Of a DNA stretch of 64,000 bases, positions 1 through 11,562 are shown one piece after another. A program made the position numbers and the translations under genes. Positions within the stretch are counted from its first letter, which is position 1, and each line of letters starts with the position of its first letter. Origin of the DNA: Vicugna vicugna (Eukaryota). The stretch is taken from the NCBI GenBank assembly GCA_013265495.1, contig MU061168.1, positions 1,710,209-1,774,208 on the forward strand, read 5' to 3'. The notes under the pieces were generated by a model. It saw nothing but the letters and a program-made list of their open reading frames with translations. It did no database searches and was not told where the DNA came from.

Positions 1-172
1 CACTAATCGCTACACTACTGACGTTAAAATGGGAAATACAGAATTGAAAGTGACAAAGGGGGTTGTATGGGTGCTTGAAGTGAACAAAATGAAAGCTGCA
101 TCTGCCCAAGGAGGTTCCGATTGAGATTAAGGCCAGGAAAGGAACTATGTGCATAGCCATGGGGCTGTGGGA

Positions 173-239
173 TGACCTAGACCTTCTTTGACCTCAGTCA
201 CCTTTGATTAGCATGACCTTTTCCCTGCATTGATGACCT
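173..239. promoter_or_regulatory. Cluster of nuclear-receptor half-sites (4x TGACCT plus AGACCT and TCACCT variants)
   Basis: TGACCT at 173-178, 189-194, 214-219 and 234-239; AGACCT at 179-184; TCACCT at 198-203; CTTTGAT (TCF/LEF) at 202-208. Motifs are read directly; function is inferred. Confidence 0.4.
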
Positions 240-2496
240 CCAATAGATAAAGGGTTTGTGGATATAACGCCACTACCTGTTGCCCACAGGAGACACCCTC
301 TGAGTCTCCAACATCCCTTGGGTGATGATATTGTCAGAGGGGCAGCTGGTCCGGACTACAGGTGCAGCCAGAGGCCTTGGTGCAAAAGGAAACTGAACAG
401 CCCCCATGAGAACAGAGGCCCTGCGACCTTCACTTGTTACTGGAGCTCTGATCAATGGAGTGAACCAGCCACACCTGGCACAGGGTGCTTTCCAGTCTAG
501 TAATAAAAAAAAATACTAATATACATAATAAAATATAATAAATAACTTGAAAATAAATAATACACCGAAACAAAATTAAAAGAGTCTATTTTCGTGGAGT
601 AATGTGCCCTGTGATGTAATGTTAGAATTAAAATGCTAAATTCATTTAGAGGGAAGGCTTATGAAAAGGTAACTCAGAGCACAGAGGTTAACAGAATGTG
701 GATTTTGTCCTGGCACCTTTTTGAGGGGCACAGGAAGTTCTTTAATCATGCTGGGTGTCCCTCTTGCTTGTCACTGCACACGTGCATCACAGGGGCAGGT
801 GGGACCTGGGCTGCACTTAGCACTGCCGTGACTATAATAGGACAGCTTTATGGTAAGCGTGGAGGCATGTCAATTACATTGCGTATCTTGCTTCAAGCTG
901 CAGATGAGAGAAATCCTCTAATCTCACTCAGTTTTAATCCTGGATTAAGGCAGATTTGTTAATAAAACACTGGTAAAATCAAGACTAGTTTGCAATTATC
1001 TTCAACTTCTATTACATACGTTTTATGGGTTTAAACACACACACAGATGAAGTGAAGTATGTTTTAAATTCCCGGCACCTTTGAAGAAAGAGTCCAGGAA
1101 AATTAAAGAGTTTCAGTGATAAAGTGACTGCCAGAAAACACTAGGAAGAGATGGGAAGAAAGACGAGAATGGTTTGATTTGGATAATATTCTCAATTTTT
1201 ATCTAACAAGCTAATCCAAATCAGAAAGATGACTGCAACAGTGCAGACATGGGGGGGGGTAACAGTGAGTTGTTGAGATGCCTGGAGTGTGCGTTGAGCC
1301 CAGAGTCTCCACCACCCAAGGGAAGTCGCTTTAGCTACGCAGGCAGTTGTTTCTCAGGCCTGGCAGGGAGCAGGAGCTGCCCCAATCCAGCAGCTCGCAC
1401 AAGGGACTCAGCTGGAAATGGCGTCACATACCTGGTGAGTCTGCAAAACCCTGAAAGGGACAGCCCCCATTACACTGTGCTGAGCTGGGGTTCTCCACAG
1501 TCAACAGCTTCGGGGTTGCCTCAACTGGAGGCCTCTTTTCTCATCTCTAGAATCTGGGCTTTTGGTGGTGCCAAGACAGTGCAGACTGGAGTGCAAGGCA
1601 GCCCTGCTCCTCTGAACCCCCGGGAGGGAACTTGGGTGGCACCTGTCCCTGAGAACGAGTCACTTTCTGAACATACTTTTTGTGTAAACTTGTCCATGTT
1701 CGTTTCAGCCTTTCTTCACATTTAATTGCGCACTTTTTCTTCTCCTTCCTGCAAATCTATTATTCTGATTAGATGAGTTTAGGTCACTTGCCTTCCCCTG
1801 GCCAAAGTGGCCGGAGGAACATAACAGGCTGATTTTCTTAGGGTTGGAGACAGGAGGGGTCACATTCAGATCACTGGCCTGAGAAAGGAGGAGGGAGCTC
1901 CCTGGATGAACAGGAGAAGGTGGAATGGATTTTGGGGAGGCAAACATCAAAAGCTGGGTATCCACACCAGAGAGGATTATATAGTTAGCGTAGGGCTGGT
2001 GTAGAGAAGGTGTCGTGTATGATTTTGTTGAGCTGGACTTTGGGGTCCACGACTGAAAGTACAAATACTCACAGGCTTCTTAAGATGCAGGCTGCTTTTA
2101 GAAGCTTGTCTAGGGTGAAAATTCGAAAGCCCTAGTGACCATGGGTCCTGGAAAACCCTCTTCAGGGAAGAAAGCCAGGATTCAGCAGGTGGAGGACTCT
2201 AGAAGAATTTTAATTCTCTTCTAGATTATCAAATAGAGAGATGACCTGACTTCTGCATGCATCAGATAAGAATCTGGAGCCCAGGATCTTCCACAGAAGA
2301 TTCCTCCTCCTCTGAGCCTCTGAAAGCCTGTTCTGGCTGAGATTTTTAGGGGCCCTGGCTTAGAGACAGGCAGGGTGGGCTTTAAGAGGTAAATTGTGGT
2401 TAGCACTTGAGCTCTGGTCCAGTTGACCTTAAATAGGTTTTTATAGGTGCACATAAAGTACTCCAATTGCCCCCACACACCTATAAGTGGATTTGC

Positions 2497-2541
2497 ACAT
2501 GTGTGCGTGTGTATGCAGACACACACACACACACACGCACA
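2497..2541. repeat. (TG)/(CA)n microsatellite
   Basis: acatgtgtgcgtgtgtatgcagacacacacacacacacacgcacac. Confidence 0.9.
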
Positions 2542-2566
2542 CCTCAAAAAGCAATTTTCCCCCCAG

Positions 2567-3150
2567 NNNNNNNNNNNNNNNNNNNNNNNNNNNNNNNNNN
2601 NNNNNNNNNNNNNNNNNNNNNNNNNNNNNNNNNNNNNNNNNNNNNNNNNNNNNNNNNNNNNNNNNNNNNNNNNNNNNNNNNNNNNNNNNNNNNNNNNNNN
2701 NNNNNNNNNNNNNNNNNNNNNNNNNNNNNNNNNNNNNNNNNNNNNNNNNNNNNNNNNNNNNNNNNNNNNNNNNNNNNNNNNNNNNNNNNNNNNNNNNNNN
2801 NNNNNNNNNNNNNNNNNNNNNNNNNNNNNNNNNNNNNNNNNNNNNNNNNNNNNNNNNNNNNNNNNNNNNNNNNNNNNNNNNNNNNNNNNNNNNNNNNNNN
2901 NNNNNNNNNNNNNNNNNNNNNNNNNNNNNNNNNNNNNNNNNNNNNNNNNNNNNNNNNNNNNNNNNNNNNNNNNNNNNNNNNNNNNNNNNNNNNNNNNNNN
3001 NNNNNNNNNNNNNNNNNNNNNNNNNNNNNNNNNNNNNNNNNNNNNNNNNNNNNNNNNNNNNNNNNNNNNNNNNNNNNNNNNNNNNNNNNNNNNNNNNNNN
3101 NNNNNNNNNNNNNNNNNNNNNNNNNNNNNNNNNNNNNNNNNNNNNNNNNN
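2567..3150. other. N-masked block (584 bp) in unique sequence; putative conserved element or exon
   Basis: Preceded by ttttccccccAG (acceptor-like) and followed by CAGCTGACAG (E-box plus TGACAG). The content is not visible. Confidence 0.4.
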
Positions 3151-4381
3151 ATTTCTGAGCCCCAGCTGACAGAGTCACAAGTGTCTCCTGCCAAACCGAT
3201 CGAGCCTTGCTCGGCACAGAAGGGACCCTCCTAGGTAATTAGTCCAGAGGGAAACAAGGTGAGAGAAACGTCTTTATTCCTCTAAGGAGCAGAGATCTTC
3301 AGGTCTCTGGGTCCTGACAAAATAAACGGGATGAAACCAGCAACAACAACAACAAAACTCGCCCCAAATCTGTTCTAACATATTTAAAATGTTAATGTAA
3401 AAAGTTTTCCTTGCTAGAAGTGGACATAGTCCCTTTAATAGAAAGAAGTTTGTGTTTGAAGAAAGTCTGTGACAGAGTCGTTGCCAAGGGAACCACTGGA
3501 AACACTGCAGTTGGTCCTTAATTTCCATGGGCAGGAACTCACCCTGATAGAAAGGAAGAAAGTTGAGGAGTGCGATGTGTATTTCTCCTTTCCTTTAAGA
3601 TGGTTTACTCTCAGTGGAAACGTTACACGGGAAAACATTTAAGTCCCATGTTGATGCTCTGAGCCCGTAGAGGGACACACCTATGTGAATTTCCTTCTTT
3701 TACTCTGACCAGGGAAGCAGGAAGGTAAAGAGATGGTAGAAAGATAAACTGCGTTTGTTCTTGAGTTTCTTTGACTCAGAGACTAAAAGAGTGACAGGAT
3801 GATTAAGCAAGGAACGTGGGAAGGACTCTGGCTCGAAGTTGAGAAAAGCACAGTATGTTACAAAACCCCCTGGTGACAGTCTGTAAGAAAGGAGAGGAAT
3901 TGGAATGAGTCAGGACGATGACGCGTTCTGGGGCAGCAGTCGGAGTCGTGGGAGTGGGGTTCTGGGTTCTATGGGCCCTGTGTGACATTAGGAAAGCTGC
4001 TCAGCTTCTCATCGCCTGGATCTAAGCTCCAGTTGATGAAGTATGAAGACTCTGGCTAATGAACCTTAAAGTCCTTTTGTTGCCCCCACAATCTATGATT
4101 TGATCCCCAAATTACAAAGTTATTTGCTGTATAGTAGATATATTCTTCAGTTTTAGATTTTAAAAATGCTTTGCCACCAATTGTCCTAATCAAACATTCT
4201 TTGAAGTCAAGTGGAAAATGGCAATTTAGCTCCACATTTGGGAACACACGGCGCTCCTGGTCAGGGCTGGCTTGGCCAGGAGCTGTCATCTTGTGTCGCA
4301 GCTCTGAATGACAGGCAGTGGCGATCTGGAGCAGCGTGGTCTGATAGAAATCGGAGAGACATAACTATGAGCCACGTGTAC

Positions 4382-5100
4382 TTTTTAAAAATTTGTGGTA
4401 AAAAAAACATGTAACATAAAATTTACTATCTTAACCATTTTAGGTACAGTAGTGGTAACTATATGCACCTTGCTATGCAACAGATCTCCAGAACTTTTTC
4501 ATCTTGAAACACTGAAACTTACACTCATGAAACATTAATTCCGCCTCCCCCCATTCCAGTCTTTAGCAAACTCTTTTCTACTTTCTGTTGCTATGATTTT
4601 GACTACTTTAGATATATCATAGCAGTGGGATCATCCAGTGTTTGTCCTTTTGTGACTGGCTTGTTTAACTTTGTATAACGTCCTNNNNNNNNNNNNNNNN
4701 NNNNNNNNNNNNNNNNNNNNNNNNNNNNNNNNNNNNNNNNNNNNNNNNNNNNNNNNNNNNNNNNNNNNNNNNNNNNNNNNNNNNNNNNNNNNNNNNNNNN
4801 NNNNNNNNNNNNNNNNNNNNNNNNNNNNNGAATAGTGTTAGAATGAACATGAGTGTGCAAATATCTCCTCAAGAGCCTACTCTCAATTCTTTTGGATATA
4901 TACTCAGAAGTGGGATTGCCGGATCATATGGAAATTCCCTTTTTAATTTTTCTGAGGAAACTCCATATTGTTTTCTATCATGGCTGCATTTTACATGCTC
5001 ACCAGTAGTGAATCAGGTGTCCAATTTTTCCATATCATCTTCAATATTTGTTATTTTCTACTTTTTTCTTTTTTGACAGTGGGCATCCTAACTGGTATGA
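4382..5100 (-). mobile_element. LINE-1 3' fragment (end of ORF2 plus 3'UTR), 5'-truncated, contains N-block 4685-4829
   Basis: Antisense L1 text (aatttactatcttaaccatttt; gggattgccggatcatatgg). The + strand ORF 4843-5076 (NSFGYILRSGIAGSYGNS) is the typical antisense reading of the L1 ORF2 C-terminus. Confidence 0.93.
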
Positions 5101-5388
5101 AAAGTAAATTGACTTAGGATGTATCATTATTATTATTATTGCTAACACCTTTAAGCTGATCATTGTGGCATCTCGTTCTAAGCTGGAAAGAGTTTGAAGG
5201 ATCAGATTCACTTTAAAAAGAGGTACATCTTTGGTAACCAAAGCATCTTCCTAGTTATCTAAACTTTTATCTGAGTGTGTGATCTCTTTCCCTTTTTCAG
5301 AAGTGTTGGGGTTAATTTGTGTCTGTTTTATTATAACACAGTACAGCTAGAACTATTTTTCAACATATTGATGCAGGAAAAATGGATG

Positions 5389-6029
5389 TGAGGCATTAGG
5401 AGGGCTGTGTCCCGGGTCTGGGTTGAGCTCCTGGGATGCGCCCTGCCAAGTGTGGGTCCTTGGCTTTGGGCAGGGAAGAATTGAAGAGCGAGCCACAGTT
5501 GAGTAAAGGTAGATTTATTTAGAGAGATACATACTGCATAGAGTGCAGGCTGTTTCAGAAGGCAAGAGAAAGGCCACGAGGTGTGGGGGTTGGGTGCTCA
5601 GATTAAAGCAAAAGCAGATACACACTCCATAGACAGAGGGCCATCTCTGAAGATAAGGGAGCAAAAAGGGCGGCCACGAGGAGTGGTGTTGCCAGTTTTT
5701 ATGGGCTCGGTAGCTTAATATGCTAACAAGTGGGAGGACCATTCTAACTACCCTGGGGAATGGGCTGAGATTTCCAGGAATTTGACCACTGCCCACTCTT
5801 TGACCTTTTATGGCTAGCCTTGGAGCTGCCATGGCGCCTGTGGGCATGTTATTCACCATGCTAATATATTACAATGAGCATATAATGAAGCTCAAGTTCT
5901 ACTAGAAGTCAAATTTCCCACCATCTTGAGCTTCCAGGTCTACTGGGGGTTGAATCTTTGGCCATTTTGGTGTAACCTGCTGTGTCATTCCTTGAATGGC
6001 TGTGCCCTGGCCCCTTCCTTCCTGTTTCA
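5389..6029 (-). mobile_element. Solo ERV (ERV1-like) LTR
   Basis: TG...CA termini (tgaggca...tgtttca), about 640 bp. Minus-strand AATAAA (tttatt 5514-5519) and TATA-like CATAAAA (about 5697-5703). The aagaattgaagagcgagcc...agtaaaggtagatttatt text is typical of antisense ERV1 LTRs. Confidence 0.75.
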
Positions 6030-7261
6030 ATGTGAGTAATCATTATCATCTTCTATGTGGCTATCTCTTTAATCTCTTTGTCTTTGAGGGAAGCCAGTAC
6101 AATTTTGACATTTAAAAATTCATATTCCCAGGCCCAGTTTGCTAGAGATAATGCGTAATATTTGTCTTCAAGTTCAAGGAGGCCAAGAAAATAAGAGGGC
6201 AGCTAGAATGATTTAGTAAGGTCAGTCTTTCTAGGACTTTATACTGGTTCTGGGTTATCTCCTGGGAGTTTCAGTTCATATTTGGAATCACAGTTTACAG
6301 AGCTACTGTGGTACTGATTCTTAATTTATGGAGCGGTTATTTGCCAGGGAAGTGATCTTCAGATTCTCTGAGTAATGATACACAGAGTTTGTTCCATATA
6401 GAATATCTCTTAGGTAGGCATTCTAAAACGCCATGACTCTTGCTTCAGCGTGTGACCTTGAGGACACGACCCAACCACGCTAGACTCAGGACAATGCAAA
6501 TGAGGTGGGATATGAAATATAGTAATAAAGATGTTAGTGAAGCACTTGAAACCTGTGGCAGAAAGATAAAAACATCAGAATGAGAAAATTTGTCGTTAAT
6601 TATTTCAGGTTACTCTCTTAATTTGGAAGCTGAGGTTCTTGAGATGGGCTCACTCCAGTTTTAATATTTAGAGAGATCAAACACTTCACTGTGCCTATGT
6701 GTTTACAGAAAATTTTCTAGAGAATACTAAAAACTTAGTTAAGGTGCTCCACCATTAAATCAGGTCCTTTTAGACAAAGTATTAAAGAAAGGGTGACCCA
6801 ATTTCTCAGATAGTTCAGATCTGACCTTCTCCCCCAGGCATAAGAGCAAGGCCAGCAATGAGACCAGGGAAGAATTGCCAAATGTCAGGAGATCATGACG
6901 GACTCTGGAAAGGGCTCTCTCAACCTAAAGGTTCCTGCTTCTGTTCATCTCACAGGTTGTGAGGTAGAAGAGAGAAGACATACTTGGCAAAGTTCTAGTG
7001 CTAGAAACCCTGTGTATTTATCCTGTGACAGAAATTTAACTTTGGTTGGATTGTCATTTGTCCAGCTTCAGGTGATGAATTGGTTAAGCCAATGATCAGC
7101 TTTCAGATGGCCATGAGAACCAGCTCTGGACAAAGAAACGTTAAGAGAAGTCTATAGGGGATTGCAAGGAAGATTCCCCTCTCTTGTAAGATGTGAAAGG
7201 CCATGAGGAGAAAGCCTCTGCCCCATCCCTGCCTGCTTCCCATCTGGGGCCTACGTTAAAC

Positions 7262-7336
7262 CAGTGCTTCTCAAAGTGTGGTCCCCAAAGAGCAATATCA
7301 GCACCACTTGGAAACTTGATAAAATGTAAATTCTCG
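7262..7336 (+). mobile_element. MER5A-like hAT-Charlie MITE, 5' part
   Basis: cagtgcttctcaaagtgtggtcccc...ggaaacttgataaaatgtaaattctc. Confidence 0.8.
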
Positions 7337-7384
7337 AAAGTTAACATAGCCAGCCTGGGACTGCTTTCCCTAGAAGGTTCTTCT

Positions 7385-7794
7385 TGTGAGGTTGGTTTGG
7401 GCTGGCACCTGGAAACTGGATTTCAGAAGGGTTTCCACCACTCCCTGATCCGAATAGTTCACTGTGCCTAAACTGTAAACATAATGTCATTTGTGCTCGA
7501 CACTTGCTTTCTGGAATTTTGGTACATGCTAGGCAGAGGGTGCCTGTGTGACTGGCCCCTAAGGGAGACCTTGGGCACTGAGTATCTAATGAGCTTCCCT
7601 AGTTGACAGCATTTCACATGTGTTGTCACAACTCACTGCTGGAGGAATTAAATGCATCTTATGTGACTCCACTGAGAGAGGACTGTTGGAAGTTTGCACC
7701 TGGTTTCCTCCAGACCTCCCTAACTGGCACATTTTCCCTTTGCTCATTTTGCTTTGTAGCCTTTTGCTGTAATAAATCTCAGCCATGAGTAATG
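7385..7794 (+). mobile_element. MER21-family LTR fragment lying between the two MER5A halves
   Basis: gggcactgagtatctaatgagcttccct...tgtgactccactgagagaggac...gctgtAATAAAtctcagccatgagt resembles the MER21 consensus. Confidence 0.8.
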
Positions 7795-7804
7795 AAAAAA
7801 AAAA

Positions 7805-7899
7805 GTGAATTCTCAGGTGCCACCCTAGACCACAGAAACAGATATTGTAGAGGTGGGATCCAGGTGATTCTGATCCTTGCTGAAGTTTGAGACCCACTG
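7805..7899 (+). mobile_element. MER5A-like MITE, 3' part
   Basis: ccaggtgattctgatcc...aagtttgagacccactg terminal inverted repeat. Confidence 0.75.
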
Positions 7900-8078
7900 G
7901 TAATGAGGTGACATTTGGAGCTACTGCAGCCTCACTGAATCCCTAGTTCTGAATTAAGCACCCCAGGAACTGCCAACCTTCAGGTTTTTTGAATGAGATA
8001 ATAATATGTTGATAACATATTATTTAACACCCTACTATGTCAAAAAACATCCAAATGAATAATGTTATTACTATAACT

Positions 8079-8402
8079 CAGAAGTTGGCAAACTATAACC
8101 CACTGGCTAAATCTGGCCCATTCATCATTTTTGTATGGCTTGTGAGCAAAAAAAATGGCTTTTAAATGTTTAAATGGTTGGGGGAAAAATCGAAAGAAAA
8201 ATATTGTGACGTGAAAATTACATAAAATTTGTATTTCAGTGTCCAAAAATAAAGTTTTATTGGAACACAGTCACATCCACTTGTTTATGGCTGCTTTCAT
8301 TCTATGACAGCAGAGTTGAGTAGTTGTGACAGATCATATAACTCACAAGCTTAAAATACTTACTGTCTAGTCCTTTACAGAAAAAAAATCTGCTGACCCT
8401 TG
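8079..8402 (+). mobile_element. MER58B-like hAT MITE, near full length
   Basis: Terminal inverted repeats cagaagttggcaaac / tctgctgacccttg; degenerate 8-bp TSD ctataact / ctgtaatt (6/8); internal aataaagttttattggaacacag. Confidence 0.9.
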
Positions 8403-8519
8403 CTGTAATTGATTGACCTGCTTCACTTTCTTAGGGCAGAAAAAGATCACATCTTTTCAAATTTTTGTTCATTATACATGTAACCATTGGGCTCTTACGA
8501 TCAGGAAGTACAGGATCTC

Positions 8520-8940
8520 CTTCTTAAGGTGTTTTTCCCTTCCCCAGAATTGTCCAGAAACCCTAAGGAATAAGTCCTACTTCTAATCTCCAGGCAGAGA
8601 GGAATCTGATAGTCTCTCCATTGATTCTGTGCCTGGTCGATCCTTGTCCAGTGCTGCCCTGATGCTCTTGCAGGTACAGACGCCACACTGGCCATGTCAC
8701 ATGTACCCGATTAACCTTTATGTTCAGAATAAAGCTGTTATGCTGGGATGACTGGGTGCAGAGGGGCTGTCAGAAACACTTCTTTCCCCTAAGCCTGTAG
8801 GATCACGTGTAGCCTGGGTCCCTTGTCCAGGTGCCCCTTCCTCACAGTAGTTTCCTCTCTGGGGATCTTGGTGTCTTTCCCTGTCCATAAACTTTGACCA
8901 AATCACTGTTCTCCATTCCACAGTTTCCCTTAACAGTGAA
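8520..8940 (+). mobile_element. Possible old ERVL-type LTR remnant
   Basis: cagAATAAAgctg followed by LTR U5-like text; heavily diverged. Confidence 0.3.
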
Positions 8941-9169
8941 GCTTAGTTCCCAGAAATCCCTTGGTTTCCTTACTCAGAGGGCGGGCCTTCTTCAGAGCTC
9001 TGGGTATCAAAGGGTGGGATAGATTTTGCTCAACATGTGGAGAAAGAAAGATACTCTCACACGTCTTCTCCAAATGTACGGGGCGAAAGCCTCCCAGGTG
9101 GCTCGTAGAACCAGGGGACCTGTTCTAGGTAATGTCCTCCCCTCCAACATGTGAAATTAGCTGACGCAG

Positions 9170-9644
9170 TTGTTCCCCCCAGCAAACTGAAATTGATGGC
9201 AAACTCTCTGACATGCCTCTGATCATTTTGGGGGGGGGGGGGGGGGACTGTGATTGCTTCGACCCACACAGTATGGTGGTGCAATGCCAGTCCCAGTCCC
9301 AACTTTTCAAAGAGGACTGTTGGTTTCTGCTTCCTTGTTTTGCACCCTGAACCATCAGGGAAGAAACTCGGCGATCCCAAGGCCACCACACTGTGAAGAA
9401 GCTCAAGCTAGTCACATGGAAGGGCCATGTGGAAACAGAGAAACTGATCCGCGGCCTGTCCCCAGTTGCTTTAGCCCCCTGCCATTTGAATCTTCCCAGC
9501 TGAGGCCCCAGAAATCACAAAGCAGACATAAGATACCCCCATTATACCCTGTTCAGATTTCTTACCCACAGAATCATAGCACGTAACAATGCAAACCCAC
9601 TGTTTTCCAACAGTTTGTGATGCAGCAACAGATGCTGGTAGAAC
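9170..9644 (+). mobile_element. MLT1-family MaLR LTR containing a G17 run (9230-9246)
   Basis: ccaccacactgtgaagaagctcaagctag...ccagctgaggcccca...atttcttacccacagaatcat...gcagcaacagat. Confidence 0.82.
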
Positions 9645-9732
9645 TGTATCATGATGCTGGATTTTGCTGTTGCCAGAGTCTCACACTTCTCAGACGGAAG
9701 CTAGAATCTACCTTAAAAAGAAATTCCCTTCG

Positions 9733-9907
9733 AATGAGGTCTGTAGTTTAGTTAATATTGTTGTACCCACGTGAATTCCTAGTTTTGATCGTTGTGTGAT
9801 GGTTATACAAACTGTTAACATTAGGATGGATGAAGGATAGAGTTGAACTCTCTGAACTGTTTTTTGGCAACTTTTCTGTAAGTCTCAAATTGTTTCAGAG
9901 TACAAAA
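9733..9907 (+). mobile_element. Old L1 (L1MC/MD-like) 3' end
   Basis: ctgtagtttagttaata...caacttttctgtaagtctcaaattgttt. Confidence 0.8.
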
Positions 9908-11017
9908 GACATCTTTTTCTTTGTGCCTCATCCTCCCTTGTCTCTATGCCTGCATCTGCAGAACACAATCTTTCTCGTGGAAAATTGTCATAGGTAGTTT
10001 GTGCAGCTCTGCTGGGCCAAACAACATGTCTGAATCTCCCTGTAGTCTTGGAGTGGCCTTAGCACACAGGAAGTGCAGATCTGCACATTTCTACCTGAGC
10101 CATGTCCATCTCAGAATTTTGCGCTCAGGGCTTGGAGAGAATGTCTTCTCTAAAATAGCCTCAGTGGCCCTGTCTAAAGGGATAGTAAACAGAGATGAGA
10201 TCCAAAAGTAAAGTCATTGGGGGTCATTTGGCTGTAAAAGAGAAGAACCATAGCCACCACTCCCACCAGTAATGCTGTTACAACTGCAGAATGTCTTGTG
10301 ACTCATAACTTCCTTCTTTGTTCAGAATCTCACTTGGCTGGTATCAACCCTTGTCTTAAGAAGATAACTGACACAGAGGCTCATTCTCTTCTGATATCCC
10401 GACCCAAGAACTTCCTAGCTCAACCCATAAGCAAGAAAAGTCCTGCACCCAGTTTTGCTAAAGAGAGAGTATTTCTGGATTGCCTGTGTGGTAATATTCC
10501 CCTTTGCTGTAGTAAGTCAGTAATTCTCTCTGACCAGGTTTCTTTCTTTGAGGAGGGGGCTTTCCCACCCAGAAGCAGGAGGGAGGTTGACATTGAAGCT
10601 TCACTGTAGAAAGGGATTTTTAAGTGGGTTGTAGAGAATGATTTTTCTCATAAAGAGAATAGATTAAAAATTTGAAGCCAGAAAAGAGGCTAGATGTCAT
10701 TCACTCTTTTCATTTTTTATCTAAATGTGCCAAGTGCTGAGGAGTCAGAAGATAAAAAGACATCTCTCTTTGTGATGCAGGAGACAGATGTGTAAACTGT
10801 CAGGGACCAACAGCGGGGGCCGCGAGGACAGGAGGAAGCACAGAGGCCTTGGGAGCGTGGAGGATGGGGAGCCTCGCTGGCCGGGCGCCATGTTGGTGAG
10901 TGCCCACTCTCTTGCCTTCACTCCACCTGCTGCAGCCACACTGGCCTCTCTGCTCTGCTTCCAGCTTGCTGAGCTCAGGCTCCACCTTGGGGGCTCTTAA
11001 ATGGACGTTCTCTTGAT

Positions 11018-11310
11018 CTGGAACATTCTGCTCCTAGGTATTCATACAATTCACTTTCTCATTTGCTTCAGGCTTCTGCCCAAATATCACCGTGATTAAA
11101 ATTGTGATTTCCCTAATGCCCCATTCCCTTTGTCTTCAGACTTTAATTTTCCCTTAGCACATATTTTACTTGCTTTGCTTGTTGATATTTCCCCCGGTAG
11201 AATCTAAACTTAATCTGTGTATTTTGATCACTGTTGTAGCCCCAGAGCCTGGTACAGGGCCTGGTTCTACTAGGTGCTCAATTAATATTTGTTGAATGAA
11301 GGAAGGAAGG
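11018..11310 (+). mobile_element. L2 3' end
   Basis: ...gcctggtacagggcctgg...ggtgctcaattaatatttgttgaatgaa tail. Confidence 0.82.
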
Positions 11311-11329
11311 AACAAGACAGAGAGGACTT

Positions 11330-11562
11330 TCCTGACATCCCTGTTTCTTCCTGTCGCGCTTACACTACTTAAGTTTTCTTCTTAACGCTTGTTACCACTT
11401 GACAAACTCCATATTTATCTATTTTTCTGTTTGCTGTCCTCTCCATAAAGATATGGATTTTGTTTTATTCACTGCTATATAACCCCCATGCCCTGAATAA
11501 TGCCAGAAACAGAGTGAATGCTCAATCAAATTTTTTGAAGAATGAATTAATAAATAAATGGA
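11330..11562 (+). mobile_element. Second L2 3' end, in tandem with the first
   Basis: ttgttttattcactgctata...gaatgctcaatcaaattttttgaagaatgaatt. Confidence 0.72.

Noticed and set aside
1249-1725. 158-aa ORF
   Set aside because: No recognisable family; consistent with a chance ORF in GC-richer DNA.
2441-3234. Long ORFs spanning N-blocks (also at 12-13 kb, 33 kb and 56-61 kb)
   Set aside because: Their length is an artefact of Ns hiding stop codons.
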